IMG/VR virus record: IMGVR_UViG_3300033068_001495
Location: 522 to 64,521 of that record
DNA from: a virus
Lineage: Duplodnaviria > Caudoviricetes
DNA length: 64,000 nucleotides
Strand: one strand, 5' to 3'
The notes under the pieces are model-generated. The model did no database searches. It had not been told where the DNA came from and saw only the letters and a list, made by a program, of their open reading frames with translations. The translations under genes were made by a program, and so were the position numbers. Below, piece after piece: positions 17,406 through 26,308 of this stretch; the stretch's first letter is position 1; each line of letters starts with the position of its first letter.

Positions 17406-17418
17406 ATCGTCCTACGCG
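17406..17418 (+). promoter_or_regulatory. 13-bp operator copy
   Basis: ATCGTCCTACGCG; TATCGT at 17433-17438; ATG at 17446. Confidence 0.6.
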
Positions 17419-17445
17419 GCGTGCGCATCCTGTATCGTCCGACCG

Positions 17446-18183
17446 ATGGCGACGACACTGGCTGTGGGGCTGAACGCGAACAACCGGCCCGAGTACCTAC
17501 TCGAAGTGCTGCGCTCCTGGCACGTGGCGTTCAGCTTCACGATGTGGCCGACCGCCGCGATCCTGCGGAACGAGCCCGGCGACCAGGCTGGGAAGTGCCA
17601 TGACTACGGCGGGGTGTTCGAGTGGGGCGTCGTGCAGAACACCGAACGGCTCGGAGTGCTGCGGAACCCGTGGCACACCATGGAGCACGACCTGCTCCCG
17701 CTGGAACCCGACCTCATGGTCCTGGCTGAGGACGACACGGTCGTCGCCCGGGACGCGCTGGCGTGTCTGATGGCGATGCACCACACGGCGCAGGAGCAGC
17801 CCGGCTGGGACCCCGACCGGACGTTCTACTGCCTGAACCAGCGGTGGGCGCGCCCGCTCGTCGACGACGAGCACCCCGACGACGTCCTGTGCCCGGGCCC
17901 CCAGTTCTACCCGTCGGTGTGGGCGTGCACCCCGGCGATGTGGTCCGAGGTGCTGGGCCCGACGTGGGACCACGACTACTCGCACCGTGGCTGGGACTGG
18001 AACATCCAGCTCCGCCTCATGGGCGAGCACGGGCTCCGGGTGATGTGCCCCGCGGTGTCGCGGTCGAACCACATCGGGGTCGAAGGCGGCGCGCACATGA
18101 CCCCGGAGTTGGCGCCCGAAGCAGTCGCGCACACGTTCAACGCTGAGCTGGCACACCGCCGGTTCCGATACCAGGAGGCATAG
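17446..18183 (+). CDS. GT-A fold glycosyltransferase (GT2/GT13-like)
   Basis: NRPEYLLEVLRSW, QN.ERLGVLRN, VLAEDD (DxD-like), GWDWNI, PAVSRSNHIG..G.H. Confidence 0.75.
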   Translation: MATTLAVGLNANNRPEYLLEVLRSWHVAFSFTMWPTAAILRNEPGDQAGKCHDYGGVFEWGVVQNTERLGVLRNPWHTMEHDLLPLEPDLMVLAEDDTVVARDALACLMAMHHTAQEQPGWDPDRTFYCLNQRWARPLVDDEHPDDVLCPGPQFYPSVWACTPAMWSEVLGPTWDHDYSHRGWDWNIQLRLMGEHGLRVMCPAVSRSNHIGVEGGAHMTPELAPEAVAHTFNAELAHRRFRYQEA

Positions 18184-19025
18184 TGGAGATCACCGTCACG
18201 GGCGGGCACGGGTTCATCGGGTCGGCCACGGTCGACGTCGGCAAGAGCCGCGGGCACAGCATGCGGCCGTTCGACCGGACCACCGGCAACGACGTGCACT
18301 ACATCCGCCCGGAGGACTGCGGCGACGCCGTGATCCACCTCGCGGGCATGCTCGGCACCGCTGAGCTGTTCGACGACCCCTACGCGGCGGTCCACGAGAA
18401 CGTGAACGGCACCCTCGCCGTGATCCAGGCGTGCGAGGTGGCCGGGGCGAAGCTGGTGCTGATCGGGATGCCGATGGTCTGGCGGAACGTGTACCAGACG
18501 ACGAAGGCGTGCGCAGCGGGCCTGGCCAACGCGTGGATGGAACACCGGGGCCTGCACGTGTCGCACGTCCGGGCGTTCAACGCCTACGGGCCCGGCCAGC
18601 ACCTCCACCCGGTGCGCAAGATCCTGCCGACGTTCGCCAACGCAGCGTGGCGCGGCGAACCGATCGAGATCTGGGGCTCGGGCGAGTCGCTCGTCGATCT
18701 GATCTACGTCGATGCTCTCGCCGAGGTGCTGGTCCGCACCGCCGAGATGGCCCCCGGCAAGGGCGAGGTCATCGAAGCGGGCACCGGTGTCGGCCAGACC
18801 GTCAACTCGGTGGCCGACACCGTGAACCACCACGTGTGGTTGGCCGGGTCCGCCACGGACATCGTGCACGCGCCGATGCGCCCCGGTGAGGCTGAGTTCA
18901 CCGACGGCACCGTGGCCACCGGCGAGGGCCTCGACCTGATCGGGATGACGCTCGCCGATCTGCGCGACCCGTACGGCGAGGCGTTCGGCAGGACGGTCGA
19001 CTGGTACCGCGAGGACCGGCCGTGA
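18183..19025 (+). CDS. NAD-dependent nucleotide-sugar epimerase/dehydratase (extended SDR)
   Basis: VTGGHGFIG, VIHLAG, YQTTK (YxxxK), RAFNAYGPGQ, DLIYVD. Confidence 0.9.
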   Translation: MEITVTGGHGFIGSATVDVGKSRGHSMRPFDRTTGNDVHYIRPEDCGDAVIHLAGMLGTAELFDDPYAAVHENVNGTLAVIQACEVAGAKLVLIGMPMVWRNVYQTTKACAAGLANAWMEHRGLHVSHVRAFNAYGPGQHLHPVRKILPTFANAAWRGEPIEIWGSGESLVDLIYVDALAEVLVRTAEMAPGKGEVIEAGTGVGQTVNSVADTVNHHVWLAGSATDIVHAPMRPGEAEFTDGTVATGEGLDLIGMTLADLRDPYGEAFGRTVDWYREDRP

Positions 19026-19360
19026 CCACGACCCCGGCGCGCCGGGTCGACTCTCGGGAGGCACTGTCCCAGCCCGGCGACTACGCCTTGATCAGCGTCC
19101 GCGTCGGCGAGCCCGATGACGAGCGTCGCGTCCCGTACCTCGCCTGCCTGCTCCCGATCAGCTCCGGCGACCAGTTCGACGACCGGGCCGGGCACGGCCT
19201 GATCATGCTCCCGCTGGGCGGGGACTCCGGATGGACCTTCACCGAGCACCCCGACGGGTCGGTCAGCGTGCAGCCGTCGATCTTGGTCCACGGCAAGGAG
19301 GGCGACCCCGACGCCTGGCACGGGTACCTGGAGCCCGGGAACGTGTGGCGCGAGTGCTGA
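19022..19360 (+). CDS. DUF6527-like protein
   Basis: WTF.....SVSVQPSIL......WHGYL..G..W..C pattern. Confidence 0.5.
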   Translation: MTTTPARRVDSREALSQPGDYALISVRVGEPDDERRVPYLACLLPISSGDQFDDRAGHGLIMLPLGGDSGWTFTEHPDGSVSVQPSILVHGKEGDPDAWHGYLEPGNVWREC

Positions 19361-19536
19361 AGCGCGTGCTCTGCTGCTTCCTCGGGCACCTCTACGTCAC
19401 CGGCACCGCGCTCGACGGCCACGCCACCGCCTGCCGCCGGTGCGATCTGCCCCGCTCCCGGGATCGCCGCCGCCTGCCGCCGCTCGACGCGACCACGGAC
19501 CTGCGCCCGGACCATCGGTTTTCCCCCCACGATTGA
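19354..19536 (+). CDS. small Cys/His protein (LCCFLGH...CRRC)
   Basis: Motif typical of small prophage proteins. Confidence 0.5.
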   Translation: MLKRVLCCFLGHLYVTGTALDGHATACRRCDLPRSRDRRRLPPLDATTDLRPDHRFSPHD

Positions 19537-19571
19537 GGGGTGGTGCGGGTCTGGCGTCCCACCACCGACTG

Positions 19572-19584
19572 ATCGTCCTACGAT
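19572..19584 (+). promoter_or_regulatory. 13-bp operator copy overlapping -10 (TACGAT) of the terL nuclease gene
   Basis: ATCGTCCTACGAT; GTG start at 19591, 6 nt after the -10. Confidence 0.65.
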
Positions 19585-19590
19585 GCCCCG

Positions 19591-20514
19591 GTGGAGACGA
19601 CCGGGAACGTGACGACGTCGCTGTGGCCGGAGCGTTGGCCCGCGATCGCGAAGCAGGAGTGCATCGACATCGTGCTCGCGGCGCCGCCCGAGGACCGCAC
19701 CGTCGTGAAGTTCGGGCTGCCATGCGACACGTGCGAGCTGGCATCGGCGTGCCTCAACGCCAAGCGCAAGGTGATGGGCCCCCTCCTGTACGACCGGGAG
19801 ATCCAGACGGTGCCCCGCTCGTCCGAGTCGTCGATGTTCCCTCGGGAGCTGTTCGAGCCGGACATGCTGCGCGACGAGGAGTTCCTCCGCTACTACGTGA
19901 AGCCCTACTCGTTCGAGGACCGGTTCGCGGTGGCCAGCGCGTGGGACATCGCGTGGTCGGAGCGGTCCGGTGGCGACTGGATGGTGAAGATGACCGCGGT
20001 GCTCGACCGCGAGACGGGCAAGCGGAAGCTGATCGACATCCTCCGGGTGCAGAAGCTGTCGTTCAAGCAGCAGGTCGAGTTGGTCCAGGACGAGTGGCGC
20101 AAGTACCACGACGACGCCGTCGTGATGGAGGCCGACGCCGCGCAGAAGGTGTGGGGCCAGTACATCGGCGAGACGACCGCGGTGCCGATCATGCGGCACG
20201 AGGCCGGGGCGTCGCAGGAGGACGGCGGCAAGCGCGACCTCACGACCGGTGTCCCGTCGCTCATCATGCAGCTGGAGGCCCACCGGTGGCAGTGGCCGAA
20301 CCAGCGCGGCACCTTCCACAACGAGAACATGGAGGTGTTCCTGTCCGAGGCCGAGAACTTCGGTTGGGTCGACGGGAAGCTCGAAGGCGTCGGCGAGCAC
20401 GACGACACCGTCATGGCGTGGTACCACCTGCAGTGGGTGATGAACCTGCTGGAGGCCTCCCCCAACATGCCGAAGCGCATCCCGCGGAAGGGCCGCCCGG
20501 GCGCCATGATGTAG
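19591..20514 (+). CDS. terL: terminase large subunit, lid + RNase H-like nuclease half (split gene)
   Basis: SLWPERW, YDREIQTVP..SESSMF, AWDIAWSERSGGDW (first acidic residue), MEADAAQ, HDDTVMA (C-terminal acidic motif). Confidence 0.88.
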   Translation: METTGNVTTSLWPERWPAIAKQECIDIVLAAPPEDRTVVKFGLPCDTCELASACLNAKRKVMGPLLYDREIQTVPRSSESSMFPRELFEPDMLRDEEFLRYYVKPYSFEDRFAVASAWDIAWSERSGGDWMVKMTAVLDRETGKRKLIDILRVQKLSFKQQVELVQDEWRKYHDDAVVMEADAAQKVWGQYIGETTAVPIMRHEAGASQEDGGKRDLTTGVPSLIMQLEAHRWQWPNQRGTFHNENMEVFLSEAENFGWVDGKLEGVGEHDDTVMAWYHLQWVMNLLEASPNMPKRIPRKGRPGAMM

Positions 20515-20517
20515 CCG

Positions 20518-20569
20518 AACTATTGACATGGGTGGAGAGCGGACCCATGATGGCCTCGTACCTGGCTGA
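20518..20569 (+). promoter_or_regulatory. AACTATTGACA promoter plus GTACCTGGCTGA UTR box
   Basis: TTGACA 20523-20528, 17 nt, CATGAT 20546-20551; box 20558-20569; GAGAGGA RBS. Confidence 0.75.
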
Positions 20570-20586
20570 CCACGAGAGGACCACCG

Positions 20587-20772
20587 ATGACCGACACGCA
20601 GGCCCGTAGGCTCGCACGGCTGATGAACCGCACCATCGTGCGGCTCGGCGCCCTGTACGCCGAAGCCCCACCCTCCGCCGATGTCGAGCAGGCGCTGCTC
20701 CGCCGGTTCGACGCCACCTGCCAGACGTCGTCGTTCCTCGACGCCGACCTGTTCGTGGGCACGTGGTCATGA
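20587..20772 (+). CDS. hypothetical protein
   Basis: RBS-led first gene after the promoter. Confidence 0.6.
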   Translation: MTDTQARRLARLMNRTIVRLGALYAEAPPSADVEQALLRRFDATCQTSSFLDADLFVGTWS

Positions 20773-21626
20773 GCTGCCAGACCGCCGTCTGCGGACCCGA
20801 CCTCCCGTGCGAGCCCTGCACCATCGACATCCTGATCGCCCGCGGCACGTGGGACACCGAACGCCAGCGGGCCATCTGGCGCAACGTCACCCCCGAAGAC
20901 ATCGCCCCCGAGCTGGCCGACCAGCCCCGCGGCACCGGCACCGGGTCGGGCCGATCGCTCGGCCGTGGGTTCCGGCCCGCGACAGAGAAGCAGATCGCCT
21001 TCCTGATCCACCTCGCCACCGAGCTGGGCACCCTGAACGAGCTGGCCGAGTCTGAGCTGGCCGTCGGACTGTCGTCCGCCGAGGCCTCCGAGCTGATCGA
21101 CCTGGCGAAGGCAGAGCTGGACCGCCGCCCGGCACCGGCCGCCGCCGTCCCGGTCGCCCGCTGGAAGAAGCACCAGGGCGCGTGGGTGCTCGTCGCCACC
21201 GGCGCGACCACCGGCGACACCATCACGGTGCGCCGCTCGTCCGGCGAGGAGCGCGAGGTGACCCTCGGAGCGGAGGTCGCGCCGGGCATGTTCGAGGAGG
21301 CTCGTGCACGCAAGGCGCCGCGCGACCCCAACGGCGGCGCCCGGGTCGAGCTGATCGCCGGTCGGGTGTACGCCACCGCCGACGGCACCGTCGTCAGGGT
21401 CCAGGAGTCACGGACGAGCGGCAAGCTCTACGGCAAGGTCTGGCAGGACGGATCGTTCGAGTACGCCGCTGGTGCGCTGCGCGACATCGTCCGCCCGCTC
21501 ACGCTCGAAGAAGCCGCGGCGTTCGGTCACGAGACGGGCCGCTGCTGTGTGTGCGCCCGTGAGCTGACCGACCCCGCATCGATCGCAGCTGGGATCGGCC
21601 CGGTCTGCGCAGGGAGGTTCGCATGA
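20769..21626 (+). CDS. DUF6011-like Zn-finger domain protein
   Basis: C-terminal GRCCVCARELTDPASIAAGIGPVCA; internal PATEKQIAFL motif. Confidence 0.75.
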   Translation: MSCQTAVCGPDLPCEPCTIDILIARGTWDTERQRAIWRNVTPEDIAPELADQPRGTGTGSGRSLGRGFRPATEKQIAFLIHLATELGTLNELAESELAVGLSSAEASELIDLAKAELDRRPAPAAAVPVARWKKHQGAWVLVATGATTGDTITVRRSSGEEREVTLGAEVAPGMFEEARARKAPRDPNGGARVELIAGRVYATADGTVVRVQESRTSGKLYGKVWQDGSFEYAAGALRDIVRPLTLEEAAAFGHETGRCCVCARELTDPASIAAGIGPVCAGRFA

Positions 21627-21988
21627 ACATCGAGATGCAGATCATCAGCTGGGAGCGCAAGTCCAGCGGCGAGATCACGGTGTGGGTCCGGCTGATGGGC
21701 GTCTACCGGTCGACCACCGCCGGGCCCGAGTTGCAGCTGAAGATGGTCAGCCCGCACCGCGAATCGCCGCGTGCATGGCGGCACGAGTCCATGAAGCAGT
21801 CGCTCGATCCGGCCGCCGCCGACGTCCTCGACCGGCTGTGCGCGGAGGATGCCGCCCTGAGCGCTGCCCTTGTGGACGCCGGGTGGCAGCCACCGGTGGC
21901 CGACCCGGAGGTGGTCGATGCGTGCCCGTTCCACGCCGAGGAGTTCGACGACGATGGCCGCTGCCGCTCCTGCGACCTGGAGGAGTGA
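21623..21988 (+). CDS. hypothetical protein
   Basis: ATGA-coupled; C-terminal CPFH..CRSC. Confidence 0.55.
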   Translation: MNIEMQIISWERKSSGEITVWVRLMGVYRSTTAGPELQLKMVSPHRESPRAWRHESMKQSLDPAAADVLDRLCAEDAALSAALVDAGWQPPVADPEVVDACPFHAEEFDDDGRCRSCDLEE

Positions 21989-22425
21989 TGGGCGACGAGC
22001 TGTTCGAGGAGGCGGCGCGCCGCACCCGAGCCCGGATGCGCGAGCGCGAGGAGTTCCTCGCCGAGTGCCTGACGGCGCACCGGTCGTGGCCGCCGGAGAT
22101 CCAGATCGTCATCGGCAACGACGGGTCATGGGGTGTCGCGTCGGTGTGGCCGAAGCCTCCGCAGTGGCGCGGGTTCGCCGTCGGCGACCCTGTCGTCAGC
22201 GACGAGCTGATGATCGCGGACGGGCGCGTGCGGTTGGTGATGGGCGACACGACACCCGGGGCCGACCCGGGCGCGCTGCTCCTCGCGGTCGAAGTCGACC
22301 GCGGGTCTGCGGCCCCGACCATCTGGATCGGGCCAGCGCACTACTGGGCGCCCGCCGCCGACCCGATCCGGCTGTGCGCGTGCGGGCGGATCCACAGGGC
22401 ATCCGAGCCCTGCCCGACGCTGTGA
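21988..22425 (+). CDS. hypothetical protein
   Basis: Coupled; C-terminal CACGRIH...C. Confidence 0.55.
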   Translation: MGDELFEEAARRTRARMREREEFLAECLTAHRSWPPEIQIVIGNDGSWGVASVWPKPPQWRGFAVGDPVVSDELMIADGRVRLVMGDTTPGADPGALLLAVEVDRGSAAPTIWIGPAHYWAPAADPIRLCACGRIHRASEPCPTL

Positions 22426-22658
22426 GCCCGACCTGTCCCCACGGCATGGGGTCGCCGTCGTCGTGCATCGACTGCATGGACGAGGGCAACTTGCCGGTCC
22501 CGAAGGTCGAGCGCGAGCGGCGCGACCCTGACGCCCCGCGGGTCCTCACCCGGTTCGAGGGCATCTGTGGGATCTGCGACATGCCCATGACCGGCGGCGG
22601 CCACTGGATCGTGCTCACGACTCGCGGCCGGTGGGTGCACGAAGGGTGCATCTCGTGA
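22422..22658 (+). CDS. double Zn-finger small protein
   Basis: CPHG...CIDC and CGIC...HEGC. Confidence 0.6.
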   Translation: MSPTCPHGMGSPSSCIDCMDEGNLPVPKVERERRDPDAPRVLTRFEGICGICDMPMTGGGHWIVLTTRGRWVHEGCIS

Positions 22659-22834
22659 CCGTCGACGGCACCCCTGGCGCCCGGCACCTGACCTGCATGG
22701 ACTGCGGCGCGACCTCACCCCCAGCGCCCAACTGCCGCGCTGCTCGCGCTGTTGCGAAGGCGGCCGGGTGGGTGCGCCTGTACCCTCGTGGCCGTGGCGA
22801 GGACTTCCGCTGTCCGAGGTGCCGCAAGTCGTAA
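22655..22834 (+). CDS. Zn-ribbon small protein
   Basis: LTCMDCG...AKAAGWV...DFRCPRC. Confidence 0.6.
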   Translation: MTVDGTPGARHLTCMDCGATSPPAPNCRAARAVAKAAGWVRLYPRGRGEDFRCPRCRKS

Positions 22835-22897
22835 CGGAGGTGGGTGTAGCCGGGTTCCTGCCGGTGCCTCTGTCCCGCGAGTGGCGGGCGAACACCC

Positions 22898-22944
22898 CGA
22901 AGCCTCAGCCCGGCACGGAGCGATCCGTGCCGGTGCTTCGTTTT
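22898..22944 (+). terminator. intrinsic terminator-like hairpin
   Basis: CCGGCACGGA-GCGA-TCCGTGCCGG (22910-22933) inside a CGAAGC/GCTTCG stem, followed by TTTT. Confidence 0.6.
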
Positions 22945-23044
22945 CGAGCTACGGTCCGACCGCGGATGGCAGCCACGGTCGGGGTCGGGGGTCCGGGGAG
23001 GACGTCCCCCGGCCGTGGCACCTCCGACGGCTACGCTCCGGCGC

Positions 23045-24673
23045 ATGGCCTTCGTCCCCATCCGCATCGGCGAGAAGCTCCGCATCATCGAGACGTCTCG
23101 CAAGGATCCGCTCCAGCGTGAGATCGATGAGCAGGTCGCCGAGCAGTGGCGGGTCCACGGGGTGGTCCAGCGGCGCAAGTACGCCGACGGCGAGCAGTAC
23201 GCCGACGACAACCTGAACAAGTTCTACGAGCTGAAGCTCGACCCGCTGTCGGGGTGTCTGCTGCCCGAGCACGAGAAGAAGCACGCCTACTCGACGCAGA
23301 TCGGTGAGTCCGTGAAGTTCATCGCGGACCAGCTCGCCGAGTCGTTCGAGGTCGTCGCGATCGACGACGCTGTGCAGGCCATCATCGACGACGCGCTGCG
23401 CCTGTCGGGGCAGCTGTCGGGCACCGGCGAGGACGACGACGTGTCGATCGAGGAGGTGCTCGAAGACGTGCTCACCGCGGGCGACGTCGCGGTGGAGCTG
23501 CGCTGGGACCCCGATCAGCAGGCCGTGTTCTACGACCTGTGGGAGTCCGAGGTCGTCGAGGTGGTGTGGGCCGACCGCGACAACGTCGAGCAGGTGCTGC
23601 TCCGTGAGTTCGTGTGGCGCTTCGACGAAGACCTCGGTGAGGAGCGCCAGGTCGAGGAGCGCACCGAGTGGGAGATGGCGGTGCGCCGGTCGGCCACCGA
23701 CGAAGGCGTCGAGTGGCTGGAGTGCCAGCGATCGGTCTTCTGGGACAACGAGGAGGAGCCCCACGAGCAGGAGTGGACCGGGTTCCCGTTCATCCCGTGG
23801 GCGCTACTCCGCTGCCAGAAGAAGGGGCTCCGTGCCCAGCGCGGCTCGTCGATGATCACCGATCAGGTCATGTCGGCCGCCGACCGGTACAACGCGAACG
23901 AGAACCTCGGGTACCTGATCGCTCGGTTCAACTCGCACGCCAGCCTCGCCGTCACCGGCGACGCCGCGACACTGAAGATGGACGCCGTCGGCTACCTCGA
24001 CAAGGACATCGACGACGTGCTCGGGTTCCCCGGTGGCACCGACCTGAAGGTGCTGCAGCTGCCGACCGACCCGAAGATGATCGAGCACCAGCGCGCGGTC
24101 CTGTCGGAGTCGATCTACGCGGCGTTCGGGCTGACACGCATCGAGCCCGACACCATCCAGGGGCTCGGCCAGGTGTCGGGCTACGCGCTGGAGATCCTGA
24201 ACCGCAAGACGGAGGGCACCTTCCGGAAGATCAAGCGGCACTTCGTCCGCGACCTGCGCTCGCTGTTCGCCATGACGATCGACCTGTACGAGGCCCTCGC
24301 CGCCGAGGACCCCGTGAACGACGCCGACGCGCTCGACCAGCTGATGGACTCCGACGCGCAGGGCTCGGATGTCCCGGCGTGGGTCACCCAAGAAGAGCTG
24401 GTCTACGCGGACCGCACGATGGAGATCCGCATGGGCTCCGGCTACGTCGTCGACGACGTGCTCACCCGCGAGGACTTCACGGCCAACCTGACCTCCCGGT
24501 CGTACGCGCTGAAGGAGCGTGGCATCGGCCCGGAGGACATCAAGCAGATCGAGCTGCAGATCACCGAAGAGGCGAAGGCGAAGACCGCGGCGGTGCTCGG
24601 CGAGTCGAGCCGGTTCGGGTCGCAGCGCGGAACCTCCACCGGGACGGCGCCGTCGGATACGGTGGGCGCATGA
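23045..24673 (+). CDS. portal protein (SPP1 gp6-like)
   Basis: About 540 aa, acidic; GFPFIPW, G.S.ITDQV...DRYN, LKVLQLP, VSGYALEI; leaderless start 7 nt after TACGCT; first gene of the head module. Confidence 0.8.
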   Translation: MAFVPIRIGEKLRIIETSRKDPLQREIDEQVAEQWRVHGVVQRRKYADGEQYADDNLNKFYELKLDPLSGCLLPEHEKKHAYSTQIGESVKFIADQLAESFEVVAIDDAVQAIIDDALRLSGQLSGTGEDDDVSIEEVLEDVLTAGDVAVELRWDPDQQAVFYDLWESEVVEVVWADRDNVEQVLLREFVWRFDEDLGEERQVEERTEWEMAVRRSATDEGVEWLECQRSVFWDNEEEPHEQEWTGFPFIPWALLRCQKKGLRAQRGSSMITDQVMSAADRYNANENLGYLIARFNSHASLAVTGDAATLKMDAVGYLDKDIDDVLGFPGGTDLKVLQLPTDPKMIEHQRAVLSESIYAAFGLTRIEPDTIQGLGQVSGYALEILNRKTEGTFRKIKRHFVRDLRSLFAMTIDLYEALAAEDPVNDADALDQLMDSDAQGSDVPAWVTQEELVYADRTMEIRMGSGYVVDDVLTREDFTANLTSRSYALKERGIGPEDIKQIELQITEEAKAKTAAVLGESSRFGSQRGTSTGTAPSDTVGA

Positions 24674-24909
24674 CCACGAACGCGCGAGTCGACCCCAGCC
24701 GTCCCCCGACCGCCCCGGTCACCGACCTGGACGCGCACGTCACCGGTGGTGGGATCCTCACGAACCAGTGGCGTGGCATCCAGAACGGCGTCCCCTACGG
24801 CGAGCAGCTCCTGAACGAGCGCGCCGACCTCGCCCGGACCCACCGGTTCTCGCCGGGGCTGGTGAACAGACTCCGTGGCGCGACTCGCAAGGCGCTCCGC
24901 CGGGGCTGA
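24670..24909 (+). CDS. hypothetical virion-module protein (79 aa)
   Basis: ATGA-coupled to the portal gene. Confidence 0.55.
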   Translation: MTTNARVDPSRPPTAPVTDLDAHVTGGGILTNQWRGIQNGVPYGEQLLNERADLARTHRFSPGLVNRLRGATRKALRRG

Positions 24910-24931
24910 CGTCGCGTCCTCTGCGGAGGAC

Positions 24932-26038
24932 ATGAGCGACGCCACCCTCGACATGGAACTCGCGGCGTTCGAGGAGATCGACGCCACCTACGCCGGGCTC
25001 GCCGAGCAGGTCGCGGCCGCTGTGCGCGAGGCCCGGTCGACCGAGCCGAACTCCGACCTGTGGACAGAGATCGCGCTGCTGATCGCTGGGGCGTCGGCCG
25101 CGGTCGCGGTCATCGTGAACCGGCTGATCGGCGACACCGTGAACGCGTCGATCGGGTCGCTGTCCACGGAGCTGGGCCTCGTCGAAGCGTCCATGGCGGC
25201 GCCGTACGCCGGGCTGGCCGCGGTCGCGGTGTCGACCGTCGCCGTTGACGACCTCGTAGCGCAGGCCGCCGACGGGTTCACCACCGAGACGGACGGGATC
25301 ACGGCGTACGCGCTGACGGAGGCGAAGCGCATCGAGGAGCTGTGGCGCCGTGCCCAAGAGGACCGTGATGCCCTCGTCGAGCGTCTGACTGCCGAGGAGG
25401 TGCGTCGCCCCGGGCAGACCGGCCGCGGGATCGTGCGTCGCCCGGCGACCGTTGCCCAGCAGCGGGCCCGCGCGGTCGCGGTCGGCGCTGGCAACGACGC
25501 CCGGGGCGCCGCGATGGAGGCCTTCAACGCTGAGGCCAGCGACCGCGGTGCCGACACCGACAGCGTCTACAAGCAGGTCGTCGCCAAGATCGACTCCCGC
25601 ACCACGGTGGTGTGCCTCCACGCCGCCGGGCAGATCCGCCCGCTCGACGAGCCGTTCGACACCCTGAACGGCGATGTGCAGGTGCCGCCGTTCCACTGGG
25701 GGTGCCGGTCGGTCATCATCCCGTGGGCGCCCGGCATGATCCAGCGGTACCGCGACGAGGCGAACACCGAGCTGCGCGCCCGGCCGATCGAGGAACGAAG
25801 GCTGGGCCCGGACGGCGAGATCGGTGGCCGGGTGCCGGGGCTGCCCGAACCCGCCGAGGTCGTGCCGCTCCCCGACGACTTGGCCGCCAACCCGGGGCTC
25901 CCGATCGACGACGTGCCGCCCGAGCACCGCGTGCAGTACATGCGCGCGAACGCCGCTCGGTTCGACATCCACTCGAACCAGAAGGGCTCGTGGTGGGTGA
26001 AGGACGGCGACCGCCGGTACAACCTCCGCCAGGAGTGA
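24932..26038 (+). CDS. MuF-like minor head protein (SPP1 gp7 family)
   Basis: KQVVAKIDSRTTVVCLHAAGQI...PPFHWGCRS. Confidence 0.85.
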   Translation: MSDATLDMELAAFEEIDATYAGLAEQVAAAVREARSTEPNSDLWTEIALLIAGASAAVAVIVNRLIGDTVNASIGSLSTELGLVEASMAAPYAGLAAVAVSTVAVDDLVAQAADGFTTETDGITAYALTEAKRIEELWRRAQEDRDALVERLTAEEVRRPGQTGRGIVRRPATVAQQRARAVAVGAGNDARGAAMEAFNAEASDRGADTDSVYKQVVAKIDSRTTVVCLHAAGQIRPLDEPFDTLNGDVQVPPFHWGCRSVIIPWAPGMIQRYRDEANTELRARPIEERRLGPDGEIGGRVPGLPEPAEVVPLPDDLAANPGLPIDDVPPEHRVQYMRANAARFDIHSNQKGSWWVKDGDRRYNLRQE

Positions 26039-26094
26039 CGCTCGCCTTCCTGATGTGTTACGTTGCGGGCTCCAAAACGAAGCGCCGACGCGGA

Positions 26095-26260
26095 GTCAGA
26101 ACCAGTGGCATAGTCGACGTTGAGTGAGTAGGGCCGGTGCGATGGCGTTCTGACCCTCCGAAACGCAGTGCTCAGAGGGATCGAGCTGTTTCGGAGGCAG
26201 CCTGCACCGGCCCGATCCTCTTTTCCGCGAGGATTTCGCCGGTCAGCACATAGAACGTCA
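26095..26260 (+). ncRNA. candidate structured RNA with alternative or pseudoknot pairings
   Basis: Stems 26132-26140/26204-26212, 26156-26164/26188-26196 and 26215-26220/26229-26234; 26143-26155 can pair with 26095-26102 or with 26241-26260. Confidence 0.45.
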
Positions 26261-26308
26261 CCGAACGGGTGGCGTACAACGGGCGGCCGTCGTACTCTCC
26301 GTCCCACG

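Noticed and set aside
12772-19591. Intein or self-splicing intron explanation for the terL gap
   Set aside because: No intein terminal residues, no homing endonuclease or RT/maturase, and no recognisable group I or II core; the gap holds ordinary promoted genes
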